64,000 bases of DNA, from the NCBI GenBank assembly GCA_951406725.2, contig OX597815.1:107942001-108006000 (forward strand). Reading direction: 5' to 3'. Shown here in pieces: positions 23,272 to 35,755 of the stretch (position 1 is its first letter; each line of letters opens with the position of its first letter). This DNA comes from Octopus vulgaris (taxonomy: Eukaryota). The position numbers and the translations under genes were made by a program. Under the pieces are notes generated by a model that saw nothing but the letters and a program-made list of their open reading frames with translations, was not told the DNA's origin and did no database searches.

Positions 23272-24237
23272 ATGCCTAAAGCTACAAAGCTTTCTGAAAT
23301 TGAACAAAAGAAGATTCTCGCACTGAAAGGGGAAGAAATGAAAGATTGCTGAGAAGATTCGGTGAAGCAGAATGCTAGTGGACAGTTTTCTGAAAGATCC
23401 TGATGGTTACAACAGGGTTCATGCTGATGGACGTCCCAAGACTACATCAGAAAAGGATGAAAGGGCCATTGTCAGAGCTATGAAGAAGTCACCTTGATCT
23501 TCTGTTTCCAAAATCAAGGCATCAGCAGGAGTAGAAGTCTCGACATCCAACATAAGAAGAGTAATTTTGAACCATGGCTTCCACCTGAAGAAGCAGCTAG
23601 GGTGTCTGTTTTCCACAAAGCTGTTAGATTGGAGTTCGCTTGACAGCATCAGAAGTGGAATGGTGAATGGCCCAGGGTTCTGTTCTTTGATGAGAAAAAA
23701 TGAAATTTTGATGGCCCCCAAAAACAGTTTTAAGTATTACTGGGCAGATAAATGTATACAAATTTCTACTTATTCAAATGTCAGAACAATGGAGGCAGTC
23801 TTATGGTGTGGGGAGCAATATCTGCCAGTGGAAAGCTGCCATTTGTCTTCATGGATGGCCATGTCAATGCTGCATGATACATCAATATGTCGGACAGGGT
23901 TCACATTGACAAAAAGGAAGAAGGCCCCATGGCAAGAACTTCGTATTTCAACAAAACAATGCTCCTATTCATAAAGCAAAGGCATCTTGGGATTTCCTCC
24001 ATGCCATGCCTTGCAAGAAGTTCCAACCTTAATCCTGTATAGAATGTCTGGGGATATCTCAGGAATGTTGTGCACAGCGAAGGCAAGCAGTATTCATCTG
24101 TTGATGAATTTGAAACAGCAATAAAGAAAGCCTGGGAAAAGTTTCCCCTTGAACTGCTGCAGAAGTTGATAGGAAGCTTGAGATCGTGTGTCTTTCAAGT
24201 AATTGAGGAAGTTGGTGATCAAACACATTATAGTTGA
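23272..24237 (+). pseudogene. Decayed Tc1/Tc3-like transposase
   Basis: MPKATKLSEIEQKKILALK..IAEKI..FLKDPDGY..GRPKTTSEKDERAIVRA..DEKK.NFDGP..FKYYWAD..GGSLMVWGAISASGK..FQQNNAPIH..SSNLNPV*NVWG across many frameshifts and stops. Confidence 0.88.
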
Positions 24238-25254
24238 TGTATTGCATGAGAATATCATTGAAATTATCATAATTTCCCTGTTTTGCATCATTTTTGCAAC
24301 GTTATTCAATCTTCCATTTAGTTTTGAATAGAGGGTTTCTGGCTCTGTATGTGTTTTTGAATTATTACCTAATTTATTTTTGGATTTCAATAAATTTGAA
24401 TATTGCAATGTCTTCTATTCCATTTCCTATGTAGAGGTGAGTTTCATGAATTTAGGTAGCATAGTTCACCAGAAAAAAAAAAACAGACAGTGCCTGGCTT
24501 TATAGTTTTGAAGAGCAGTTTATATGCATGTATGTTCATATATATGTGTATATATACACACACAAATACAAAGAGAGAAAGAGAGAGGAGGAATGAGAGA
24601 AAAGAAAGCACGGGAGAGAGAGAGGAGGGGTGAGAGAGAAGTGAGAGAGAGAAAGGCAAGAAAGCTCATAAAAACAGGTAGTATGAAACGATCAAAGGGT
24701 TCAATTGCTGTACATTGATGTTTATTTACTCTTTGACTTTGAAGCTCCTCTCACATCAGTCTCAGTTATTTCTTATACTTTTTCCAATCTCCATAGAATT
24801 ATTCTACCCATTTTGTTATTGTGTCTGATTTTGTGCAGTTGTACAGTGATATAAATGCTGTTCTTTGATTCATGCATGCATGGTCATGAATCTAATCCTT
24901 AAAATATGCAGGCTTGACTATGTTTAAGAGATACACTAAGCAACTACCTGTTTCTGGGTTCAAATGCATTGCACTGTATTTTGGCCAAGTGTCTTACACT
25001 ATAGCTTTGGATTAATACATGCTCTGCCTGTGGTATTTGATTGATATACATACATGTATGTGTGTGTGCATGTGTGTTTATGTGTATGTATGGATGGATG
25101 GATGAATTAATGGATCGATGAATTTGTATGTGTTTGACACAATTCCACTGGTTAAAAGACCCAAACATGGGGTTGTTTCCATAAATGTAACTAAGCCATT
25201 TGACAAAATATAAATTGATAAATAAAGAAGTGCTGATCTCTCAAAGTAGATGGA

Positions 25255-25688
25255 ACATGTAAAGGTGGGAGACATGAGATAAAGTACTGAAGAAGGACTT
25301 CAGGACGCTGAACCTTTCAGGTGAGATGACAAAGGATCAAGATGCCTGCTGCCTTACTGTACTCAAGAAGACCCATACTTTGCAGCAGAAGTGTTAAGGC
25401 TGGTGCCTCTGGTGATGAAAAGCACTTGTTGGGGTGTCACATAATAGTGCCTGTGCAGTGCTATGTAAAAGTGCCTGTGCAGTGCCACATAAAAGCACCT
25501 GTGTGGTGCTACGTATAAACATCCAGCACAATGTAAAGTGGTTGGCATTAGGAAGGGCATCCAGCCATAGAAACCATGCCAAACTAGACTAGAGTCTGGT
25601 GCAGCTCTCCAGTTTGCCTGCTCTGGTCAAGCCATCCAACCAATGGTGGCACAGAAAATAGACATTGAATAATGATGATGATGTTGAT
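25255..25688 (+). mobile_element. RTE-LINE ORF C-terminus plus family A 3' UTR
   Basis: DKVLKKDFRTLNLSGEMTKDQDA..TVLKKT leads into minisatellite units, ggttggcattaggaagggcatccagcc and a (TGA)n tail. Confidence 0.8.
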
Positions 25689-25724
25689 GTACTCAGCTGA
25701 AATATGTACTGGTGTTGACATGAA

Positions 25725-25877
<153 letters not shown>

Positions 25878-25954
25878 CCCAGTGGGGTTGCAGCCTAATA
25901 ACTAAATCATTGAATGAGTAAAAGAATAACGGTTTCAAATTTTGGAACAAGGAG

Positions 25955-26355
25955 ATGCAGGGGCTAAGTAGATAACATTAACCTCAATACATGACTGGTA
26001 TTTTATTTTATCAACCCTGAAAAAATGAAAGGTAAAGTTGACCTTGGCAGGATTTGAACTCAGAATGTAAAAAGTTGGCAGAAATGCTGTTCACAAACAT
26101 TTCTGTCATCTTACCACCTTAACGAGTATAAGACTAATTGTTTCCTATTTGGCACAAGGCTTGCAATTGTAGAGGGAAGGGGACCTGTCAATTACACTGA
26201 GCCCAGTACTTCACTGGTATTTTATTTTGTCAACTTCAAGAGGATGAAAGACAAAGTCAGCCTTAGTTGTATTTGATCTCAGAATGTAAAGAGCTGGAAA
26301 AAATGCCACTAAGCATTTTATTTGATGAGCTAATGATTCTGCCGGCTCACTGCCT
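25955..26355 (-). mobile_element. Two tandem degraded SINE family B copies
   Basis: atgaaaggtaaagttgaccttggcaggatttgaactcagaatg and ggatgaaagacaaagtcagcctt...tctcagaatgtaaag. Confidence 0.7.
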
Positions 26356-27447
26356 TTGTGACAACAATTATGGTGTGTTTGTTAACAAGGTACATAACTC
26401 TACTTGCTTAGAGTTTGCTAAATTGATTCGCCTAAAACTTGTTCCAATCTCTACTTCATGGTTGTCCGGTTACTTATTAGGAAATGCAGTGAGTTTCTAA
26501 AACAATTGTTCCAACAAAACTCACCCATCCATACAAATTTAGAGAAATGGATGAAAAAATAAATACGAAGTTAATTTCATTTTCAAAGCAGTTACATGTT
26601 GTTTTCTTAATATCTCTTTATAAAGGTTTTGAATAGTTATTCACAAAAGATAATAGTTTTACAGGAGTTATTTGAAGAAGATCAATATTTTAAGTGTTCA
26701 AGTGAATTCTTAATATCAATAAACTATCCAAAGAGCTTATTTTAATGGATTATTGATGTAAGACTTTTTTTTTGATGAGTTATTAAAAAAAAAAGTGATT
26801 GCATCTTCTTCGTTTTGAAAAGAGGCTATATAAAGAAACTCTCTTAGAGATTGTCATATTTTCATGGCAAGGAGATTTATAAAACTTTATGAGCCTAACA
26901 GCTCTGCTGGTAGAATTAACCAAAGTGAACAGGTTAAAAGAGAAGAGATCTAACAAGATCTAGTCTCAGTAGTTATTTGTTTAATGGCCATGTCCTTGAA
27001 CCAAAAATAAAGATTATGTCACAGCAGAGGAAGCCAAGACATTGCAAACAACTATTTTTTGAATCCAAAATAAAACGTGCCTGCTCATTGTCTCTATGGT
27101 AAAGTTAATGTTTTAATCTAGTCAATATATATCTCAGAATTACTATCAGTAATATTTTAGAAAAATAGTGTATTTTTAGATGTATATGCTATATATAGTC
27201 ATGGGATGGTTATTTCCCTTGTCACTGTGTATATTGTGCTCTTCTTACTGCATTAAAAGTCTTTAACCCTTATTTCTAGCAATGTAGGTGTTTCAGCAAA
27301 CTCAGTCACATTTAATGGCGATAATATTTTTCCTTTATGGTATTATATTATGCCTATCTGTTTATATTAATTTATATATATATATATTATGGAGATGTTC
27401 TTGCATAGTAAGTGACCTGATCTGAGATTGTGTGCTGGAACAAAAAC

Positions 27448-27658
27448 AATTGCAGTGTGGAAGGTATTTATAAGCCAATTAAGAAACACACAAAAACTGT
27501 TAGATTCACTTCAACATTTAAATTTAATTTGTCAAAATTTTTTCGTTGCTTTGAGGCCACGACCTATTCACTGACAAAATTCTGTGCTACATCTCTGAAG
27601 TGAATCTAATGGTTTTTGTGTTTCTTAAATAGCTTACAAATACCTTCCACGCTGCAAT

Positions 27659-27659
<1 letters not shown>
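27448..27659. repeat. Fold-back unit: ~65-bp inverted arms around an 82-bp spacer holding a hammerhead-like motif
   Basis: 27448-27513 is the reverse complement of 27596-27659 with about six substitutions and a 2-bp indel; unit sits between (TA)n tracts. Confidence 0.88.
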
Positions 27660-27726
<67 letters not shown>

Positions 27727-27735
<9 letters not shown>

Positions 27736-27913
27736 ATATGTTACATTACTCGATAGTCAAGATAAAACTCTGAGTTTCAGATGCCGAAGTGGGAATCCAC
27801 GCCGCCATCACGTAGCCAGATAACCGAAGAGATAGCGGCGTGGATTCCCACTTTGGCATCTGAAACTCAGAGTTTTATCTTGACTATCGAGTAATGTAAC
27901 ATATTATTTTATA
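27727..27913. repeat. Near-perfect palindrome: 83-bp arms (81/83), 21-nt spacer
   Basis: 27727-27809 versus 27831-27913; whole unit to about 27982 is flanked by (TA)n. Confidence 0.95.
27818..27880 (+). ncRNA. Type I hammerhead-like motif inside the palindrome
   Basis: agataa CCGAAGA gat..(gtgg/ccac hairpin)..atc t GAAA ctc-a-ga GTT ttatct: perfect 6-bp stem I, stem III with 1-nt loop; U4>C and one extra U before GAAA depart from consensus. Confidence 0.58.
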
Positions 27914-27978
27914 GATAAATTTCCTCTATTTACACAATATTGAGGTCTCTTTCTTTCTTTTGTTATCTTACCGTTTTA

Positions 27979-28026
<48 letters not shown>

Positions 28027-28919
28027 AAATATATATATATATATGAATATGTATTATTAGCAGTATCCTCATCATTGGGTTTATGTCAGTTATTTTCCTA
28101 ACTGCCATGGCTGAGACAAAAGTTTTTAGGCAAATTTTTCTGTGGCCAGATGCTTTTTGTTATATCTGTATTTCCACCTAAGCTGTTGCACATGTTTTCC
28201 ACAGTAATATTCAAGTTACCTCTTCAAGATGCAAGCTTGGGCTAGTTGTATGGTGATCCTGGGTAAACCAGACATTAGAATACTCTCTCCTTTTCATCCT
28301 AACTGATGTGGTTCAATGAAGTGCAGATAAGTGGCATCATTTTGGCTGCAGGAGTTGCTGGAATATTGTCAAGTAAATACCAGATCACATAGTTTTTTTT
28401 ATAAGGTTTACTCCTTAGCAATTGACTCACTGGGTAGCTAGACTATTTACCCACAGCTGAGGCCCTGTAACCCTAAATAGAGGCCCATACCATGCACTTT
28501 CAGATGGAGCCAGCAGAGCCAAGGATTTAAGTCAAGCAGAGTTATCATGCCCTGTACTAGTGATTGGTTTCACTACCTATTCCAAACTCAATAGATTTAG
28601 TTTGGAATAAAAGAAGAATGTGTAATATTTAATTATTTTTCTGCTAAAGCATTGCATAGTTGATCAGATGTTAAGTTATTTTACAAAATTGTTTCAGACA
28701 TTTTCTTCATGGTTTTAGACATGTCAGCTATTCAGTGTACTTGAATATGCAAAAGTAACTTTTTAACCATTCCCAAAGCACCAGTTATCACAGGAATGTT
28801 TTTCCTTTTAGCCACTATTAGCTCTATTGCCGTATCTTTATATTTGGATATTTTTTACATTTCTTTTAGAGATAAATTATCATCTGTTGAGACTGATAGT
28901 TGATAATTATTATTATTAT

Positions 28920-29200
28920 TTTTTTTCTTTGTAACTCAGGTTTCGTTGGAACTCCTGGAGTCTTGCATGCATAGCAGGCTTGCTACCTGCAGCCTACAGT
29001 GCCATACTATCTATTCATTTCTACTATCTAATACTTTCCTGATTATTCTGGCTGTGCCAAGGAGGCAAATCCTTTATAACAGTTTTACTGGGCACTCTAT
29101 TCCAATTTCCTTTATATTCTTCTTGATGCCTTCTAAAACTGTCCTAAGGACCCAACAATAATTGGCACTATCTTCATCTTTTTCATTTTTCAAAGCTTGG
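28920..29200 (-). mobile_element. 3' end of another R4/Dong-like LINE family
   Basis: KIVPIIVGSLG..KKNIKEIGIECPVKLL*RICLLGTARIIRKVLDS; ends in poly(A) then (TAA)n in element sense. Confidence 0.75.
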
Positions 29201-29479
29201 CTATTTTGTACCTAAGAGGGTTGTATATATTTGTTTTTGTGCCTTCCTTCTTGACTATTCATGGGTCAAAGAGGCATGCTACATCAACTATATAGCACAT
29301 GTGGTGCATCTTATCCACCACCAATGATCTGACTTGTGCTCTAGCACCTGACAAGTTTGGATTGGAAAATCCCAGAGGATTTTGCTGGTCTCCAACTCTA
29401 CCACTCCCTATGGTTTGTGCTCATACTACGTCTTACCTCTCTCTATTCCCATAGTCTCCAAATTATTATCATTATTGTT

Positions 29480-30049
29480 ATTATTGAGTGAGAGAGCAGT
29501 GCATGCCATCAAAATGACACTGAGGTAAAATATACGAAGCCCAGTATACCCATCATGACTAGGGTACACTAGGCACATGATAAGGGTACACTAGGCACAT
29601 GCATCACAACCATATGTGCGTGACATGGTGATCTCACATCAAGATAAACAGCACATGACCTTGCAGGGAAGGCCCAGGTAGAATTTTCTTCTGGTCGAGT
29701 AACCCATCCCGCTCAAAAGATCCCTGAATAAGGGTTGTTTAAGGATGTTGAACGAAACACCCATGTTTCCAGAGGTGAATTATTCAAACCCCAAAGAATC
29801 CCTTTCAACACATGGCTGTGATGCTCCCCCACTACTTCTGCTCATGATCAGAGATGCACATATCGTCAGCCACTAAGGGACATACTCAACTGGTTATGGT
29901 CAAACAAGTGACAAGCAAATCTGTGGTATTGAGCAGAATATTTGCTGTAGCCCATCTTTTATACCAAGACAAACCAATGTACATGATAACACTTCCAATC
30001 AGTTAAGATCAGAAGCCTTGAGAGCCAGTGCCTGTTACTGCATCAGGGC

Positions 30050-30052
<3 letters not shown>
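29480..30052 (-). mobile_element. Family F non-coding repeat flanked by (TTA)n on both sides
   Basis: Paralogue of 2570-3245 with the same two ends. Confidence 0.8.
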
Positions 30053-30097
<45 letters not shown>

Positions 30098-30107
30098 CAT
30101 TATTATA

Positions 30108-30148
<41 letters not shown>

Positions 30149-30351
30149 CATTATTATTATTATTATTATCATTATTATCATTATTATTATTATTATTATC
30201 CCGGGCAGTACACACTCTAGCTATGCTAGTGACCCCAGTGTCACTTTGATGATGTGTGCTGCTCTTTCACTCAATAATAAAAATAACGATAGTAAAGATG
30301 ATAATAGTAATAATAAAATAATAATGATAGCAATGATGATAATAATAACAA

Positions 30352-30408
<57 letters not shown>

Positions 30409-30430
30409 CAGTAGTAGTAGTAGTAGTAGT
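30052..30430. repeat. (ATT)n, inverted family F fragment (30199-30312) and (TAG)n
   Basis: Direct reading; 30199-30312 is the reverse complement of about 2525-2645. Confidence 0.9.
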
Positions 30431-31219
30431 AAGGTGGTGAGTTGGCATAATTGTTAGCATTTTGGACGAAATGTTTAGTAGCATTTCTTCTTGTTCTTCG
30501 TATTCCAAGATCAAAAATTCCTTGGAAACTTCTTTGCCATTCATTTTTTGAAGTCGATAATATAAAGAACCAGTCAAGCAATGGGGTCAATGTAATTGAT
30601 GATCTTCTCGCCAATTGTTTACCTTGTACCAAAATTTTAGACGATTATTATCATTGTTATTATTTCATATATGTACAACAGATTAAACTGTTGGAAAAGA
30701 AAAATTCTAAACATCAGGCTACAATAAGTAACCTTACATGCTAGAACTTTCTTAAGTATCCTAGCTGCCCCTAATTACAGTTTCCTGGAGCTGCACTAAA
30801 CTAGTTTTATGCTTATTTACTCTATCCAGCTACTGAAATCTTTAGGGATAGTTCCCAATACACCTGTAACTACAGGGATACATTTTACCCATACTTTCCA
30901 TAGCCTCTGTAACTTGATGGCAAGGTCCTGGTATTTTATTATTGTTATTATTTATATTAGTTTATGAAAAATGATACAACTCTTTACAAAGGTAAATAAG
31001 CAATAAAAAGAGTTTAAGGCGATTTATAACAGATATTTTATTGAACTGAATTGTTTATTGAATTGAACAATATTTCAACAGTTTCTTTCTTCCTCAGGCT
31101 CAAAATGAAAAGAATATAAAGATTGCAGAAATATAGGAATTCAAAATATGAACAGGAATATCTTGTGTTCCTTTATAGACAAAACAACATCATCAATTTT
31201 TGCTTTTTAATAACAGAAT

Positions 31220-31860
31220 CATAAGAGCATTGCAGAAATGCCTTGCAGTATTCGTTCTAGCTTTTTTATGTTACAAGTTGAAATACCACTTAGTCATCTT
31301 TGCCTTTCATTCCTCTGGCATTGATAAATAAAGTATCAGTCAAACACTATGGCTGATTTAATTTATTAAGCCTCTCCGGTGAAAATTCCTAGCCTTGTGC
31401 TTTTGCAAGAAAGAATTGGGTAGGATCATTATCATGTCAGACAAAATGCATTGAAGTATTTGTCCCGGTTCTTCTCATTCTGAGTTGTAATTCAACTGCA
31501 ATAAACTTTGCCCTTCATGCCTACAGGATTGATAAAATCAAGTACCTGTCAAGTTCAAAGGCCAATGTAACTAATTAACCGATCCCTTAAAAATAAATAA
31601 AAAGATGGCTTTATGCATATGTGGAAAACATTTATTTTAAAGGGCAGGGAATTGGCAGAATTGTTTGAGAGTTGTTAAAAATGCCTTGTGTTATTTCTTC
31701 TGGCCGTTTACACTTTGAGTACAAATCCTGTCACGATCAACTTTGCTTTTCATCCCTCCAGGGTTGATAAAATAACTTACTAGTCAAATACTAAGATTGA
31801 TTTAATCAACTAAAATTGACCCTGAAAAATTTTCACTTTATGACTTTCATAAAACAATTG
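31220..31860 (+). mobile_element. Three tandem, highly degraded SINE family B copies
   Basis: Repeated ctttgc..ttcat....ggttgataaa...agta.cagtcaa blocks about 220 bp apart. Confidence 0.6.
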
Positions 31861-31999
31861 TTATTATAATAACCATTATTATTCAGCATTTGGTAGTTTC
31901 AGGTAAATTTCTACTGCATCACCTGATTCACCTACTTGTTGCTGGGGTGTGAGCAACAATTATTATCATCAACATCATCATCAGCATATTATTATTATT

Positions 32000-32708
32000 A
32001 TTATTATTTTTTTTTTTTTTTTTTTCTTTCTTCAAATTTTCTTCCATTTCTCATCGAATGTTTTCCGTACACCCATTGCAGAAACGCTCTTTGTATGCAT
32101 TCCCAGATTATATACGCAAATTCACTGGTAAAATATGTATTTAAAAAAATTAATAAATAAATAAATTCATGAATGGATGTTGTTTTCACAGCGATAATGC
32201 TCTTCTCAGTACATGAGTCGTTCCAGTCAACATGATTTTTTGCATTTCCTGTAGGGATGGTAAGCTTGGTATCATTTTCAAATAGGTTTCAGTACCTTTT
32301 TTTATCATTCCTAGAGATCCTACAATCACCGGTACTGTAGTCGCCTTGAGATGCCACATTTTTTCAATTTATATTAGCAAGTCTTTATATTTACTGATCT
32401 TGTTGAATTCTTTCGCTGCTATATTGTGATCGCAAGGAATACTCATGTGAATTAATAAACACACCTTTTTTGTCTGATCTTTTATAATAATGTCCGGTAT
32501 ATTGGCTTTTATAGCTTTGTTGGTATGTACGGGGAAGTGCCAGAGAATCGACACATTTTTTGCCTCAGTCACAGCTTCAGGATGGTGTTTATACCATTTG
32601 TCAGCGGTTTTGATTTTATAATGCCGACATATTGTCCAATGTAAATACTGGCTGGCTCTGTCATGTCTTGCTTTATATTCTACAGGTGCTAAGACTCTAC
32701 ACCCTGAA
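32000..32708 (-). mobile_element. R4/Dong-like RLE LINE 3' fragment with poly(A), inside a (TAA)n tract
   Basis: KANIPDIIIKDQTKKVCLLIHMSIPCDHNIAAKEFNKISKYKDLLI then MWHLKATTVPVIVGSLGMIKKG; (TTA)n on both flanks and a T-run at the 3' end. Confidence 0.9.
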
Positions 32709-32719
32709 ATTATTATTCA

Positions 32720-32770
<51 letters not shown>

Positions 32771-33029
32771 GCTCATCATTATTATTAAGGCGGTGGGCTG
32801 GCAGGATTGTTAGCACACTGAATGAAATGCTTAGCAGTATTTTGTCCTTCACTACATTCTGAGTTCAAATTCCACCAAGGTTGACTTTGCCTTTCTTCCT
32901 TTTGGGGTTGATGAAATTGACTTATCTCCTCCCACCAAAAATTTCTGCCCTTGTGGCAAAATCATCATCATCATTATTATTATTATTGTTATTATTATTA
33001 TTATTATTATAATTTTTATTATGTTTAAG

Positions 33030-33320
33030 TGAAGGCTTAGTGGTCAAGATAATTGGGTCATGATTGTAACCTTGTGATTTCAGTTCCTGGTGGGGCATTG
33101 TGTCTTTGAGCAAGACACTTTATTTCATGTTGCTCCAGTCCACTCATCTTGCAAAAATGAGCTGTACCAGTAATTCAAAGAGCTGGCCTTGTCACATTCT
33201 GTGTCATGCCAAATTTCCCTGAGAACTATGTTAAGGGTATACATGTCTATGGAGTACTCAGTCACTTGCACGTTAATTTGATTGGATCAACTGGTACATT
33301 TGTTGTCATAACCGATGGTG
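33030..33320 (+). mobile_element. CORE-type SINE, family C
   Basis: ttgtgtctttgagcaagacacttta CORE motif; reverse complement of the 6225-6520 type. Confidence 0.75.
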
Positions 33321-33725
33321 TACCATTATTATCATGTTTAATGGCAGAATTGTTACCATTATGGACAAAATGCTTAGTGACATTTCTTCTAGCTTTTACT
33401 CTCTGAGTTCAAGTTCTGCAAAGGTTGTCTTTGCCTTTTATCCTTTTGGGGTTGATAAGATAAAGTACCAGTCAAGTACAGGGGTCAATGTAATTGACTA
33501 ACTCCTTGCCCCCAAATTTCAGGCCTCGTGCCAATAGTAGAAAGGATTATCATTATCATGTTTTCAACATTTACAAATTAGTTTCAATTTAATGCAGTGT
33601 GCTCACTCATGCTCTCAAGCTGTGTGTAATGATGTCTTTAGTGGATACAGAATTGTTTGTATACTATCAATACATCATGTTTACTTTGTTGAGAGGATTT
33701 GTTTTATTGATTCTTGTGTTATATA

Positions 33726-34278
33726 CAGTAATGCCTCACTTTACAAGGATCCACTTTACCAGACCCCAGGTTTACAAGTTTTATTTTTCAAGTACAGGCT
33801 CCAAATTCTGAACGAAATGCAAAAGTTTCTGCTACTATAACAAATGCTTCTGCATGTTACTGAGAAATTTACTGAGAGCAAAAAAACTAAGCAAACAACC
33901 CTAGACTTGTATTTGAAAAGAAATCTACAAGTCCGTCTATGAGTGCCTGTGAATTGACAATCATGTCTACAAGTGATGGTATGTGTGAGTCTAGAGTGAG
34001 TGAAAGTGATTCAGAAAACGATTATGATAATAATATTTTTTTAATTATAAATGATCTTGACATCCTTTTTACTTTACATAGAATATTCTTTATATTCTAC
34101 TGTTGTTTTATTACCATTTATTTACAAATATTATAAATTTTACAGGTAAAATATTTTTCTGGGAGCAAATTATGATTTATAACATTGAAACCATGGGAAA
34201 TTATCGCTCTGCTTTATGAGTTTTCACTTTACCAGCAGTCTCCAGGAACAGATTAACTTGTATATCAAGGCATTACTG
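33726..34278 (+). mobile_element. Tigger/pogo-like non-autonomous DNA transposon
   Basis: TA|cagtaatgcct...aggcattactg|TA terminal repeats; internal remnant PNSERNAKVSATITNASACY*EIY..KQTTLDLYL resembles the Tigger C-terminus. Confidence 0.8.
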
Positions 34279-35433
34279 TATTTCTTTTGTGTAGTATATT
34301 TCTTTTGTATAGTATGCAAGTTGTGTTATTCTGTTGAATGATGACTGTTTTCTAAGTGCTGTGTGATATTAATATTATGTGTTTTAGTATGTTCTGTGTG
34401 AGTTGTGTGGGATGTGTTATATACTGGATTGTCATTGTGTAAACAGAAAGTTGTGTAGCTTCTCAGTATTTTAATATCAAACATTGATCTTTTACATGTG
34501 TGTTGTGTTAGTTGATTAGGTGACAATTGTATAGAGCATATACAATTTGAGCTGTCATATTACAAGGTGGGGATTCTGTTGAATTTGAGTTATAATACTT
34601 GGTGATGATTGTATAGAGTATGGGCTGCGTATGTCGCACAGAGAGTATAATGTGTAAGTTGTGTTACTGAATTAAAACTGTGAACTATGCCCTAAAGTGA
34701 TATTCTTTATTTTATCTCTAAAGTTGTAAGGCCCTTGTATGGTTTGTCTGATTTTATTCAGGTTCTCTTTTATCATAGTATTCCAGTTATAATTGGTATT
34801 TTTTATTTTTTTGTTTTCATCTCTCATTTCAATTTTAAGAGCTTTATAATATGATAGAGATGTTTTACCTCCTTCCTTTCTTTTAATGCTTAATCAGGAG
34901 AATTAAAGTGGCATCCATGATTCCTTTTTACAGCTTCTGAGGTTGTTGAGAGGAAAGGAGGAATACATTCTTAGATCAGAAACCTAACCCAAATGCTTAC
35001 AAAAGTGTAGTCTCTGCTAAAGTGACCCAAGGTTGAGATGATGCAGTTGAATCGATTGGCAGATTCAGTCTACTACCCATATTAATCACCTTGTCAGTCC
35101 TAACAGCATGTCCCCGATGATTGTGTCCAGGTCATTGGTGTTTGATACATGCTTATATCACTTCTCATTTGTTTTCACATTGAAGTACTGGCATGTTGCT
35201 GAGTTGACTTAGCTGCCAACTGATTATCATCATCATCAATATAATTATTAATTGGAAAATTTAGTTGCAGAAATGATGGAACATCAAAAACTATTTGGTG
35301 TTCAATTATAAAATTCTTTGAACTGAGCTCAAATACTGAGGTTTTTCTATCATTTCCACAGATTCCAGAGAATAAAAACAATCAAAATTGATTCTGGCTA
35401 ATAGTGTATTTCTCCTTTACAAATTCATAGTCT

Positions 35434-35755
35434 TCATCATCATCATCATCATCATTGTTTAACGTCCGTTTTCCATACTGGTATGGGTTGGGCGGTTTGA
35501 CTGAGGCCTGGAAAGCCAGCAGCTGCACCAGGCTCCAATCTGATCTGACAATGTTTCTACAACTGGATGCCCTTCCTAACACCAACCACTCTGAGAGTGT
35601 AGTGGGTGCTTTTTACATGCCACCGGCACAGAAGCCAGTCAGGTGGGCCTGGCATCAATCATGTTCAGATAATGCTTTTTACATGCCACTGGCACGGGAG
35701 CCAGTCAGGGGGAACTGGCATCGACCACATTTGGATGATGCATTTTACGTGGCCC
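35434..35755 (-). mobile_element. RTE-LINE 3' end (family A)
   Basis: Closely similar to 13715-14012. Confidence 0.85.

Noticed and set aside
29985-30052. HDV-like ribozyme at the presumed 5' end of family F
   Set aside because: One hairpin is visible but I could not build the nested double pseudoknot.
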